From positions 46,004,001 to 46,068,000 of the forward strand of contig NC_043001.1 of NCBI RefSeq assembly GCF_006345805.1: 64,000 nucleotides of DNA. The letters run 5' to 3'. Made by a program: the position numbers and the translations under genes. Below the pieces are notes generated by a model, which was not told where the DNA came from, ran no database searches, and saw nothing but the letters and a program-made list of their open reading frames with translations. The stretch's first letter is position 1. Each line of letters starts with the position of its first letter. Shown here in pieces: positions 48,790 to 62,187 of this stretch. This DNA comes from Octopus sinensis (lineage: Eukaryota).

Positions 48790-49900
48790 TAACTCTTGCG
48801 ACTCCAACAAATCTGCTCGGAGGGAGAACGAAGCGAGACCTGTTGTGTGGGCCTTGAAAGAAAAAGGACACCATGGTATCCATCTTTTCAGAATGTAGAT
48901 GGAGCCATGACAGGTGCAGGTGGCGCTACAACAGATATAGATGGCACCAGGACAAGGTGCTCATGGCACTTACTAGCTCACTGGAGGAGCAGGAGATACG
49001 CAAGAAACTTCGAACATGGACGGAACCAAATCTTCAATTGAATTTGTGAGGGAAAAGAAGAAACTGTCCGACTACAGTATGAGCAAACTATTCACTACAG
49101 AAGGTATCATCATGGGATATGTAGCGACAGCTGTGTGTGGGGGTGGGATGAAAGAAAGGAAGGCTTCAGTTTTCTAGATCATCCAGCGACCCTGAAGCTG
49201 GATATAGTTTTGTAGTCGGAGAAGGCGAAGAAGATAACCTTAATCGGACTTACAGTTCTGTAGGAAGAAGGTTGCGATCATATTTTCAAATAGAAAAGTA
49301 CCAAATACCAAAACTTTTGCAGGATTGCAAGGAGAAAGGGTGGTATTCATGGCTGTTCCTAGTTGAGGTTGGCTGTAGAGGATTTTCTGTGCTTTCGGTA
49401 TGATGTAGAATGCTCACAGATTCTAGTACAGTGGTTCCCAAAGGGGGCGGTACTGCTCTCCCCCCACCACCACTTGGGCGGTGGAAAGATCCAGGGTGGG
49501 GTGGCGGCGTTGAAGAAAAGTGGGGTGATAATGGGGTGGCCAAAAGGGAGCGATGGGTGTAAAAACAAAATAATGGGTTAATTAGGTAAAGTTTTATTTG
49601 TGAAATACTGTCGTTTTGAATTTGCTGTAGAAAGTGGTTTATGTTTGTGGAATGTGGCCCGGGTGCCAAGGGAGTGGCAGCCTTTAAAAGTTTTGGAACC
49701 ACTGCACTAGAATAACAAGAAGGAGGAGAAAGAGAACTGCTCATAGGTCGAGGAAAATAATAGAAAAAAGCTTTTTACTGTTCCCAGAGCAAGAGAAAGG
49801 AGCTAAGATGAAAACCAGAAGGGAAGGGATTTGGCCACTGCCGTCCTGTTAACGTGAATATGTTACTGCTTAGGTCGAAACATCCTCTTGAACGTTGGAC
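48790..49900 (+). mobile_element. HERO-like RLE-type non-LTR retrotransposon, 3' remnant
   Basis: Decayed knuckle region (LCG...SECRW...RYRWH), then DIVL*SEKAKKITLIGLTVL*EE...KY...KEKGWYSWLFLVEVGCRGF, resembling the PD-(D/E)xK endonuclease of HERO; the reading continues after the MITE. Confidence 0.8.
49429..49704. mobile_element. hAT (Charlie-like) MITE
   Basis: TIR CAGTGGTTCC(C)AAA / TTTGGAACCACTG; flanks TTCTAGTA and CACTAGAA are both centred on CTAG. Confidence 0.8.
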
Positions 49901-49972
49901 ACCGTCCGACGATATCAACACCTTATCGTCAAGGCTACATTAATCAAAATGAACGAAAGGAGAACCATCTTG

Positions 49973-50021
<49 letters not shown>

Positions 50022-50779
50022 TATAGAAACACACATTCACATACACGCACAAACATACACACATATACATGTGTGTGGTGTGTATGTGTGTGTGCAGCTA
50101 CACAAATCCTTTAACGGTGGAGAAACTCGCAGCCCATGATTTCACTGTTGAAAAGGAATATTCAACCAACACTACCAGATGAAACGAGAAAATGGTACAC
50201 TTGTCTGTGGACGTATAATCTGTGTATAGTAATTCTAGTTTCGGAAACCAATGGCTGTAATTCTCTTCTTTAAAAGTACGTGTATTTTTCTGTAATAAAT
50301 TGCTTATATAGTTGATATTTCTGTCGTGAAAAGAAAAACAAAAAAATATGCTTCTTAAATGAAGCATAGAAAAATAAATTAAAGCCGACAGACTTTAATG
50401 AAAATAAAGACCTCTCATAAGCCCCCTATCCCCACCCCCAGAAAATATCGTGTTAGTATCGTACTATTACCTTTCTCGATGAATATAGAATTTCGGTGGT
50501 GTAGAATTCCTCCTCCTCCTCCTTGCAACCTTCTCTTCTACAGGAACTACCAGCCAAATAGTTTCTTATGGAAAGTGAATGTTATAAGTTGTTAATGCAA
50601 ATCCGTACTTAATGGCTTTATTAGTTTATATATCTTGTAAAAATTATTTATAGATGCTCTCAATATTTTTTAAAACTACACTTACAGACATGCAGAGTCA
50701 AACAGGCATACACACACGCACATATATATATATGTGAGTGGGCGTTTAGATGTGTGTTTATGTGTGTAATAGACTTACA

Positions 50780-51047
50780 ATAATAATAATAATAAATAAA
50801 TGCGCCCTTTTAAGCCTAGCCAGGCTCATGGGCCCGGTTTCCCGGTTTCAATGGCGTATGTGTTCCCCAGCTGGACGGGACGCCAGACCATCGCAGCGTT
50901 ACTCATTTTTGCCAGCTGAGTGGACTGGAGCAACGTGAAATGAAGTGTTTTGCTCAAAAACACAACGCGTCGCCCGATCCAGGAATCGAAACCACAATCT
51001 TACGATCATGGTGCTGACACCACAACCACTAAGCCAAGCGTCTCCAC
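50780..51047 (-). mobile_element. tRNA-derived SINE family E with a (TTA)n tail
   Basis: Minus-strand head GTGGAGACGCTTGGCTTAGTGGTTG...TTTCGATTCCTGG; CCACTCAGCTGGCAAAAATGAGTAAC core; tail ATTTATTTATTATTA. Confidence 0.85.
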
Positions 51048-52809
51048 GTTATAAACTTATACCAGTCTATTCATTAATTTATCTTGTAAACAGTACTTCT
51101 AAAAAAAAAACATGATCTATTTTATTTTTAACAACACATGCAGTTGCATGCATATGCATATTTCTTGCACACATGAATATATACATCTATATGCACATGT
51201 GTATGTGTGCGTTTCTGTGTGTATTTGTGTATGTATGTACGTATTTATGTATGTATGTGTTTGTATATGTATATATGTATATAGAGTTATAATCCAAGCT
51301 GTGTCCTTATGAAGCACATTTGTATATTCCAGTTCTCCCAAAGTATGTTTGTAGATACCATGATTTATGTGAATGTCGAAAATACTGGAGAACACTGTTA
51401 GATATTGGAAAATATTTATTGTGGAGTAATTACATATTAAAACAGCAAACTAGATTTTTTTAATATCATTTATTTTTTTCCCATACAACATACGTTTCAT
51501 AACCATTAAGAAAAAAAAATACAATGTCACAAACATTTGGAAAAAGAAATTTTCGTATAATTTTGTGTGTGTGTGCGTCCAGAAAACGTGTGTTTGAAAA
51601 GTTGAACGCATTAGACAGAAACTTCGTTCCCAAAGTTTTGTGACATTCTGATTGTTTAAATAAGTTTTATATTTTAAATAGGTAATAACTTTTAAAAAAT
51701 CTTTCTTCATATGTGTGTGTGTGAGCGCGCGCGAGTAATATATGGATGTGTAACGAATAGCTTCCTAGATTCTTGCCCAAGATTCGAAACCGAATCTACA
51801 TTTTTCTACTCATTACTTTCGTATTGTTCTCGACTTTTGCATTTAGAAGTTTATGAGGGTTAACTGTCACAGTTGAGTTCTATTGTTTAAGTTAACATTC
51901 TTAGGTTAAATACAGTTCGAGAGAGATAAACGCATTATTTTCCATTGTTCTCTGATCTACATCGAGCTTTTCAACATATATAAATACAGTAATCAAATTC
52001 AGTTCATCCTTCTTTCGTTTGACCGATGGAGGAATCACTTTATGCGATGAACTACACATCTCTTACCCTCTCTACTTGTCTAGACTTGCTTATTTTTTCT
52101 CTCTCTCCTTATCCCACCAGTCTTCTAGCCGTCAACAAAAGATGAATTTAACATCCTACAGAATGGACGTCAATGTTGCAAACTCTACAAACCAAAGAAG
52201 TTGTATCTAACACTGTAACGATGAAAATAAAGGGCCATATCACTCGAACTTATTAATATTTTTCTTCCTCTCATTTTAATTGGTACATACCATCGTTAAA
52301 GATGGATACATATCATTCTACCAATAAAAGGACATACACTATCTTGACCTTATTTTTCTTATTAATTAGATATTACTTAAATAGTTCATCAATTAGTTTT
52401 TTTTAAAGTCTTTCGTCACACTACTGTGACCTTTTCACTGACTTCCTTTCATCGTACTAACTCTGTACTAGCACTGCAAACACAAAGTTTCTTTTCCTGT
52501 CTTAAATTTATTCGTGTTGTGCATGTAATTTGATTTGGGCGATGGAAGTACGTTTGTTTTTGTATCATATGGTAGTGAGTGTCTATGTGTGTGTGTGTGT
52601 GTGTGAATAGATGTATGTGTGTATGCGCACGCGAATGCTATACATAAATAACTCACTCGCCAATAAACCAGACAGACATTAGCAATAATAAATGGCTGAT
52701 GAGTGTAAAAATAAGACAGAAAACTAACCTCAAAGTACAAATAGCAGAACATAATGTAATGCTGTGTAATATTGCAGCAGAGTAGAACTGATTAACTAGC
52801 GACACACAC

Positions 52810-52833
52810 GCGCACATACATACATACATACAT

Positions 52834-52872
<39 letters not shown>

Positions 52873-52893
52873 CACCACACACACACACACACA

Positions 52894-52929
<36 letters not shown>

Positions 52930-52950
52930 TATATATATATATATACACAC
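52810..52950. repeat. (CATA)n-(CA)n-(TA)n microsatellite
   Basis: Directly visible. Confidence 0.94.
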
Positions 52951-53254
52951 ATATATATCCTTCTGTTGTATGTATGTATTTGTATGTGCGTAAAGAAAGG
53001 CATATGTGCGGGAGTGTATTTATTATTTTATTCATAATACAGTGTGTGTTGGGCAATCTGAAATTTTCGATGTAGGAATAACTAGAATTCTTAAACATTA
53101 AGCGTCGCTGCGAAAACAAATGTAAACGGATACATATATACATACTGGGTGCCTAAGGTATTTGAGGACATACCTTTTTTTGGTCATTGCTGCATTTTTT
53201 GCTAACTCTGTATAATCTTTGTTTCAGAAAATAATAATGGCAGACCCTCAGCTT

Positions 53255-53740
53255 ACTCATAACACTAGGACAGAACTATTTTGCCTCAACTAACCCTGCT
53301 CTCTTTAACATCATGCCAAAATACACCAGAGAAGGCAACGATCTCATGACATTCAAACGGTTCCTGGATGAATAACTCCAATATATTCCAGATAAACGGA
53401 AAGGTGGCGAGCTGGCAGAAACGTTAGCACGCCGGGCGAAATGCGTAGCCGTATTTCGTCTGCCGTTACGTTCTGAGGTCAAATTCTGTCGAGGTCGACT
53501 TTGCCTTTCATCCTTTCGGGGTCAATAAATTAAGTACCAGTTACGCACTGGGATCGATGTAATCGACTTAATCCGTTTGTCTGTCCTTATTTGTCCCCTC
53601 TGTGTTTAGCCCCTTGTGGGTAGTAAAGAAATATATATTCCAGATAAACCAACTTCATCCGGATATATCTCTGCACGCATTTCTCGCTCTCTTTCTCCTA
53701 AGCCCTCTGTGTCTCCCTCTACCGACAAGCAACCCGTGGT
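53255..53740 (+). mobile_element. CR1-group LINE 3' remnant interrupted by a SINE
   Basis: PALFNIMPKYTREGNDLMTFKRFLDE*LQYIPDK, then PTSSGYIS after the SINE is removed. Confidence 0.65.
53398..53632 (+). mobile_element. Full-length SINE A with a 17-bp TSD
   Basis: ATATATTCCAGATAAAC at 53381-53397 and 53633-53649; head GGAAAGGTGGCGAGCTGGCAGAAACGTTAGC; tail GTGGGTAGTAAAGAAAT. Confidence 0.93.
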
Positions 53741-54108
53741 CAGCCCTTTTTTCTTTCTCTCTCTTTTTATACACCGGTCTTAAATTTTCTAATCTCCATT
53801 TCAGCCTGTTTTTTTTATCTTTATTTCATCTTTGTCTCTCGTCTGTGGTCCTGAATTACATTTATTCATTTTCGTATGTCCATTTCTGTATCCCCTGTTA
53901 TCCATCTATTGTTTGTTCTCGGTCCAATATTCTCTGCAAGTGGGAAGTAATCCTATCGTTAAAGGCACGAAATTACATTATACCCTCTGGTCGATAACTC
54001 ATGAAGAATTGGAAACCTTCTGTGTCTGTTTTCCGTTCGTCTGTGCATTTAATGTTTTTATCTTGCCATTTTCTGTCTGTTTTTTGTTTGTGCATTTTTA
54101 CTTATATA

Positions 54109-54625
54109 TCTATATATATAAAACTGTGGTTGTGTGAGTGTCTGTCTCCTACGATTTAGATTCCTAACTCCTCCCACATTTTGCGGTGCAGTTTAACCAA
54201 ATTCGGGTATCTTATAGTCGTGATTAATATCGAGCCCGTCTGGCTATTAGCGCGCGTCTACGATGAGTCTACGATTTTAAAAATAATTTAACATCATTTT
54301 TTATTCCATTTTAATGCATAATTTTTCGTGTGTCGATGGCGGTGGAGTTGGCGTCCACGCTCAAACACCTGCACCTGTGTTTGCTTCTCCCCCTTCTTCC
54401 CTCCCTCGTGAAGCTGTGGGGAAGGGAGTTTAAGGAAATCAACGTCGTAATGCGTTGTCAAGGAGACCAGCGTTCTTTTAGAACAACGACTTCATGGCTT
54501 GAAGACACCAAAACAGAAATGGCTAAGAAAGCCCGAATTGGCATCTATAAAGGAAGTAACTCTCTAAAAATGCTTATATAGTTATTTCCCTTACAAACCC
54601 GAGCAACGCCGGGCGATACTGCTAG
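54109..54625 (+). mobile_element. Non-autonomous Helitron (sister of 12954-13456)
   Basis: A|TC...CCCGAGCAACGCCGGG...CTAG|T; highly similar over its full length. Confidence 0.88.
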
Positions 54626-54715
54626 TATATATATATATATAATATATGTGTGTGGTGTGTGTGTGTGTGGTGTGTGTGTGTGTGTGTGTATGTATATGTA
54701 TGTATGTATGTATGC

Positions 54716-54968
54716 ATGTGTCCCTGAGCAAGACACTTTATTTCACGTTGCTCCAGTCCACTCTGCTGGCAAAAATGAGGAGTACCTGTATTTCAAAGGG
54801 CCAGCTTTGTCACACTCTGTGTCACGCTGAATCTCCCTCTAGAACTACGTTAAGAGAACACGTGTTCGTGGAGTGCCAGCCACATGTATAAGTTAATTTC
54901 ACGAGCAAACTGCTCCGTTGATCGTACCAGCTGGGATCCTTGATGTCATAACCGACGGAGTGCTCCTA
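54716..54968 (+). mobile_element. SINE (family F), 5'-truncated
   Basis: GTGTCCCTGAGCAAGACACTTTATTTCACGTTGCTCCAGTCCACTC core; 3' end homologous to ~34520-34620 on the minus strand. Confidence 0.7.
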
Positions 54969-54974
54969 ATAGTT

Positions 54975-55172
<198 letters not shown>

Positions 55173-55868
55173 GTAAAGAACAGACGATATAAACTGAATC
55201 GATGAGAAAAGCAGATGGTCACTTCAAATACAACAAAGTGTGTGTTTGTTTATGTATGTTTTAATGTACTATTATAGAAACAAACATCAACTCAAGGCTC
55301 TCTCAATTCATTTAAGTAGGGTATAAAATTTATTTTTACGCGTGTGTGCGTGCGTGTGTGCGCGTGTGTGTGTGTGTCGTGTGTGTGTGTGTGTGTGTGT
55401 GCATGCATGTGTATGTGTAAAGAAAACGGAAGCCAAAACAAAATCAAAAGCGAAATCTCACACTCACATTGGCATTCGTTCACACCATCACACTCACCAC
55501 TATATACATAAAACAAACATAACTCTACTACCCTCATTACAATTAAGACTCTCCCTCCCAACACACTCAAAATATTACATACTCAAACAAGTATAAATAC
55601 CAGATACAAAAGGAGGCATTTGCAATTGCGTTGCTAGTTCTACTGAAGAAGTCTTTTTACTCTTGATGTATGCTATTTCTGTTGCAAAATTTGTGTGTAC
55701 AGCTGTAGCTAAATTTAACATTATTTCTATTAAATATTTTCTGATGTTTGTGATTCTCAAGAAAGTGTTTATCTAACAAATAAAAGAAATGTTTTGTGAT
55801 AGGCATACTTGCATTGAGACTGAACCGTGCAGGGAATCAAATGGTTTAACGTTTCCCTTATATTTATA

Positions 55869-56014
55869 ACAATTGCAGCGTGGAAGGTCTTTATAAGCCA
55901 TTTAAGAAACACACAAAACCGTTAGATTCACTTCAACATTTAAATTTAATTTGTCAAAATATTTTCGTCGCTTTGAGACCGCGACCTGTTCACTGACAAA
56001 GCTTCGTGCTGCAT
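55869..56014 (-). mobile_element. Solo copy of the PLE-pLTR-like unit with a 12-bp TSD
   Basis: Closely similar to the 21006-21150 arm; CTTATATTTATA at 55857-55868 and 56015-56026. Confidence 0.82.
55950..56000 (-). ncRNA. Putative minimal hammerhead ribozyme, G3-C8 core variant (third copy)
   Basis: UUUGUCA-GUGAACA-G-GUCGC-GGUCUCAAA-GCGAC-GAAA-AUAU-UU-UGACAAA; only loop II differs from the 21089-21138 copy. Confidence 0.55.
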
Positions 56015-56065
56015 CTTATATTTATACATGTGTAGAAACTGCTATTATCTATATCTTTCATATTT

Positions 56066-56267
56066 TATCTTTTATCTCTTACCTGTTTCAGTCATTTGAC
56101 TGCGACTATACTTGGGCACTGCTTTGAAGGGTTTTAGTCGAACAAATCGCCCCCGGTACTTATTCTATCGTCTCTTTTGTCGAACCGCTAGGTTACGGGA
56201 CGTAAACACACCAATACCGGTTGTTAAGCGGTGAGGGGGACAAACACACACACATACATACATACAT

Positions 56268-56315
<48 letters not shown>

Positions 56316-56477
56316 GACGGGTTTCTTTCAGTTTCTGTCTACCAAATCCACTCACAAGGCTTTGATCGGCTCGAGGCTATAGTAGAAGACACTTGTCCAA
56401 GGTGCCACGCAATAGGACTGACCTCGGAACCATGCAGTTGAGAAGCAAGCTTCTTACCACACGACCACGCTTGCGCC
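56066..56477 (-). mobile_element. Composite SINE B/C
   Basis: Head, CORE-like segment, (CA)n and tail all present. Confidence 0.85.
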
Positions 56478-57423
56478 CTGGGAAAGGAAGAGGTTAAGGA
56501 AGTCAGTCTCGACGGCAAATCCTCGGGCAGTTCGGTACCATCTTTGACACCTTTCCGGCAACTCTAAATTAGCTGGCACTCTCCAGCCCTGTAAAGCAAT
56601 TCATCTAGAAAAAGACCACACCGATGTAAAAACCTATAGGTTGCTGGTCGCTGCAGCTGTCTTAGCCTGTTAAGCCATTGTTGTTCAGACCTCCAAATCT
56701 AAAGAGTGGACTCGGATTTCGCAAACTGATTCTCCCTTTAAAACAACTAAGCACATATAGGAAGAAGAGCTCTGCAGCTACAAGGATTGGTTTACTTTGT
56801 CACTTGAGGGCGTGCTGCTCTTCTTTACGATTTTCAGATCTAAAAAAAATCTGCTATTACTTTAACTAGTTCACTTTAAAAAGAAGATTTACTTCTAACT
56901 ACGTTCTTTTTTTTTATTCTAAAAATTTGGATTGTAATTATTGCACGTCGTTTTTTTATATTTTATGCACCCCTAGGGAAAGGTTTTGTTTTCTATTTAT
57001 AAAAGTAGTTTCTGTTCATCGAATATTTTTAACAGGCCATATATTACATTACGTAAAAATTTCATTGTGTATTTATTTAGCATTCACAATAATAATTGTC
57101 AAATTTTCCTCAGGTAATTTCCTTCAGCCTTGTGGTCACATCAGACAAAAGATTGCCCTCCTTTTGAGCTTGTAGGAGTCGTCGTAGTGCAACAATGGCT
57201 TCTTAGCTTTCATTATAATGTTGGTATATAGATGGTGAGATGTATTCCTTCACAAAATGCAAAGCATTTACAAGGGTCTTTAATATGGATTGATAAGAGG
57301 TCACTACAAGACCTAAACGAACAAAACTATATAATTCACGGGTAAAATTGAATAAGGATGGAGTGGTTCAATTGACTGTTTTCCAATACTCATACATATA
57401 CATAGTACATACGTACACACATA

Positions 57424-57464
<41 letters not shown>

Positions 57465-58030
57465 ACACATACACACACAACTAGAGATTGATAGGGATAA
57501 TATACACGCATACATATATAAGTACATAACTCGATTCTGATTGAGATGTCTACATATTTACACCCAAACTATATCGACATATATCATTGGTATGCACACG
57601 TATCGTTGATTAATTTATATAAATCTATATATAATGTTTATTTTGATAGCGCTGGCAGCATTTTAGAGACTGATTTTTCTGTAACGTTCAACAGATTTTG
57701 ATCAGATTCAATAACTTATCGTTGCAAATTGTAACGAATCTTTTCAAGATTGTTGGTGAATAACTTAGTCACTTAACCTAGTATCCCAATGACCTCCATC
57801 TAGATATGTGAATTCTTACTGTGACTGTGGGATTTTTAAATATATACATGATTGTGTGAATATGTGTATGGTTGTATACGTGGTTTTATTTGTCAAATTT
57901 CTCGCCAATAGACAAAAGCCGGTTCCCACCTACAAACAAAGCACTTTTATTGGAATATATATATATCAAATTGATAGTCATTTGATAGTCATGTATGTAT
58001 GCATGCATGAATGTGTGTGTGAGTGTGTGT

Positions 58031-58112
<82 letters not shown>

Positions 58113-58649
58113 AACAACTAATCTTAAATCTCTGAGCGAGAAATATGTAGTAACCATACTGGATAGTGAAGTCTATTTGCTAACGTAAAGTGGCAGTCTT
58201 GCTTAGGACGATGTTACTACTGTTTAGCCCCAAGAAAAAATCTTTTCCAGCTGGCTACCGACACATCATCTATATCAGTAGACTGTAGGCAAGGGAGCTA
58301 ATGCTCCCCCTCAGTCTTAGCGATACCTGCAGACCAATGGTTTCTGGGTTATTTCTCTTCCTCGGTGCAAGACAATCGCTGGATAGAGATGGTAGTGACT
58401 CGCCTCGCTCACAGTATACGGCCTTAAGCAGGACTTCCACTTTACGCTGGCATACAGACTTTATTTTATATATATATATTCATACATACATATGTGCGTG
58501 TGAGTGTGTGTGTGTGTACTTGAGCGCGCGCGCACGTTTTGCCTTTAGAGTTCATGTTGATCAGCCACTTGCTCGGTGGAAAGGTTGAAAAGTCAAAAAT
58601 CTTTCTATTTAGAAAGAAAGTGGTCTTGTTCTCCTTATCGTTTTTTGCT

Positions 58650-60540
58650 CAACCATTCACATTTTTAAAAAAATTTTAAACGTTTAGCAGAATTTTACTG
58701 CTCTGCATATCGTAATCATGTATAATGTATGAACTATAGAGAAAATCTTTCGTTTTCATAGAATCCAACATAAGCCATACTTTGATCCAAGCAGGTTGGT
58801 ACAAATCCTGAAACTGAAATTAAAATGTTGAATTTGGAAAAGTATTTTGGCTACTGGATTTTCAGTCTCTTCATCAATGGTCTACAGATTTCTTCCTTTT
58901 TCGTTTTTCTCACCAAATTGATATCATGTGGACAGCTAACCTCAACAACAGGGTATATTTTATTTTGTGGAACCAAATAGGAATTTTAGATCGCTTGTAT
59001 TTTTATTTGGTTGCTTTTTTTCTGGTTTTGTAAAACTCAGTTTCTTTAGATTGTTGCTGAGATGGTTATATATCGCATTGTCCAAGAATTAGCGGTAGAA
59101 ATCTAAAGTTATAATCTGGGTGGAGTAACTGTAGATGTTTTATTAATTTGGTATATATGTTTTCTTTTCTACTAATTTTTACCATTATCTTTGGCTGGGC
59201 AACTGATTTCAATTACAGCGCGTAATTTTTTATCACTACCCCACATCATTGTGTCCCGTCTGTTCAACATGTATTTTATTGTGGCTCTGACAGTAATAAT
59301 TAATCAATATTCTTTTACGTTACGAGAGTTTATGCTCTCCATATCACTGTAACTTCTTATATTTGTGTCCTTAGAATTGTCCTTTCTACCGATTGCATTG
59401 AGTAATACTTTGGCAATGACACCATGCTTCATAGGTAAGTAATACCGTAATGACGTTTTTGGACAACTACTTCCAAAATATTTGATATCTTCAATCTTAA
59501 TTCCATTGAGTCTGCATCCAGTGTAGCATCTAGATCAGTGGTTCTCAACCATTTTTTGCGTATGGATCTCTTTGATTTCTATTTTACTCTCCTGAACTTT
59601 CATAGCCATTCAATGTATATTAAAAAAAAACTACTCTATTTGTATAATTAAATATTATTAGGAATTGTATGAAAGAAATTAAAATATTTTGTGTGTTGTA
59701 GATGTATTAGCAATATATAGCACATAAATTTTAACAGTAAAATCTTATACGGACCCCCGGTTGAGAACCACTGAGCTAGATGGATTACCTGAATCTGTAT
59801 TCCTTTTGTGTATCAAGTATTTTGTTATTTCTTGTTTCAGTATTGCAAAAGCAATCCCTTCGAGGTGAAAGCTAATGTCCTGGTTATTGGTGTAAGGCAC
59901 ACTAATTTGTCATCTATGCTACCATTTAAAAGCATTTTTGGCAACATAATCATTTACGATCTTCTGCTGATATGCAGAAAGTCATGCGTGTTTTTCATCT
60001 GATCACCCGCTACGATTCAGTTGTGCAAATTCTTTGGCTGTGTATCCCTTAACCACCAAACAAAAAATTTTTCTGAAGATTTCCTTTCCAAGTCTCATGA
60101 TATTTTTTGTCCCACATGTTTAGACTTGATTTATGAATACACTTCAACACTTGGTAATAATCTGTTATTGTAGAAGGATTAAGAAACGATATTCAAAGGA
60201 GTTTGAACCGATGTCAAGCCTCTGTGGCCTTGTTTTTGTTTTAAGTAGAGCGTATCACCCTTGATGTTGTAATACAAGGTCAATATTTCTTCCTTCCGAT
60301 TTCTTCTAGCTACACTGTGTCTCGATCAAACTTCTTTTCTCCATTCCAGATTTTCTCCAGAATGGATTTGGATTTATCCGACAAGGAGCCTATGGTGGCA
60401 TTTATTGATTGTTTTCTCATATCTCTATAAACTACCGATTCTTTTCAATTAAATTTCTTGTTAACTACTTATCTTTCTGGTACACTCTTCTGATATCGAG
60501 GGTTTTCACTTACATTTGTTACCTCCTATTTGAGAGTGAT
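58650..60540 (-). mobile_element. R4/Dong-like RLE non-LTR retrotransposon remnant
   Basis: Minus frames give DVDTLYLKQKQGHRGLTSVQT, ITSHLEGIAFAILKQEI and GCRLNGIKIEDIKYFGSSCPKTSLRYYLPMKHGVIAKVL (decayed CCHC), plus decayed endonuclease and C-terminal segments. Confidence 0.8.
59536..59773. mobile_element. hAT (Charlie-like) MITE
   Basis: 15-bp TIR CAGTGGTTCTCAACC / GGTTGAGAACCACTG; 8-bp TSD ATCTAGAT/AGCTAGAT. Confidence 0.88.
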
Positions 60541-62187
60541 TAATTTGTACTCAGGTGTTCTCTTTACTGCCTCCAAACCTTGTTTTAAATTACTTAGTGG
60601 GGAGTGCAGTTATTTATTTATTTCCATGTGATAAACAACGTCACATACCGATAGTTTTCCATAGACCAACGATCTATTTTTCAGTTTCCAAATCCATGAT
60701 GGCACATTTTTTTTTATTGTTTTGTTTTCCTTTACTTTTTCATTATCTCCAGTATACTGCTTTGCAGTTGTTGAGAGGGCACTAAGAAAACCCCGTAAAT
60801 CTACCAAAACGATGGTACACTGAAACTGTTGTAAATATTTACCTTCGTCTTCGTCAATCACCACTAATTAAGTTACTTATTAATCTTTGTCACGTTTGAT
60901 TTTTCCCACAAAGGAAGTTTTAAAAATGAAATAATCTTTTTCTGAAAGATTTCAATGAAAATACATTTCGCTCATTTATACTCATCTCTCTTCTAGCTCG
61001 TAGTTTATTTTTTTATCATCACTACTTTTGTTATTAGTTCTGCTGACAGCATATTGTTGACAGTCAACCTGACCACAAAGTGGCATAGTATTGCTAGAGC
61101 GGTCGAACGATCAGGTTAACAGCAAGCTAACATAATTGTAGTAGAAACTAGTGGGTAGTGCGGCACAAAATTGTATAAAGGTATGTCTTCTAGGAAAATG
61201 TTCATGTGATATTACTTGTGCAGTGTTTAAACTTTTGGAAATAATATTACATTCCTTCTTTTCCTAAATAAAATTACTATAATCAACTATTCTCTCGTGT
61301 TCCATAACTGTCGTTTATTGCCATAATTGTTTTGTTGTAAAATAATTTACTGTCGGGTATCGTTCGTCTTAATGTATCTAATTTTTTTTTTCATACAGCA
61401 AACAGAAGGATCTTCTTTTTGTCATTTTATAGCAGTTATGTAAGTCATGAACGAGTTCATAACTAAAACAAAACAAAACAAAACATACAAAAGACAAGAA
61501 AACGGAGGAAAGAGAAGCATTCAATAGTTTCGGTTTCTTCTTTAGCTACAACTAAAAAGAATTCATTTATTTCTCTCTGTGTTTTTATTCGATTCTTCTT
61601 CCGGGTTTTTGTCGTTACTTCAGCAAAAATCTGGAAGAGAAACAAAGTTGAGGTAACAAAAAGGACGTGGAAGTAAAAAAAATGTAAAGAAAAATAAAAA
61701 CAACAACAAAATGTACAAAATGTACTACCCTTTCGTTACCAGCCCGACTGAAACCGCCTCTGGCTCTGTAGTACAAAAATCTTGTTTTCATAAGTTTTGA
61801 ATTAGAATCTTCCACCAAACCTTAGTTAAAATTTATGTTCCTAATGCCAGCTGAATGATAACCAAGTTATTTTACTAAATTCTTTGTTATATTTAAAGTA
61901 ATAATTGAAAGAAACACAGAGCATGTGCACAAAAATAAAGAAAACAGCATCCAAGCCTTTCTTTGGTTACGCTGAAGGTCAGCGGGAAGTGAGTACTTCT
62001 TTGGGGAGTAAATATTTTTGCTTTTGTATGCCAGTGTGTATGTATTTACGCATGTATGTATTTATGTATTTACGCATGTGTGCATATATATGTATGTACG
62101 TATGCACTTATGTCTGTCTGTCTGTCTGCCTGTCTGTATGTATGTATGTATATTTTGTATGTATGAATGCATGTGTGCATTTATGTA

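Noticed and set aside
52690-52730. CTGATGAG...GAAA motif
   Set aside because: No stem I, no stem III and no UH triplet; chance match.
56480-56830. Possible L1/Tx1 ORF2 fragment (RPPNLKSGLGFRKL)
   Set aside because: Only one short motif resemblance and the frames are broken; insufficient to call.
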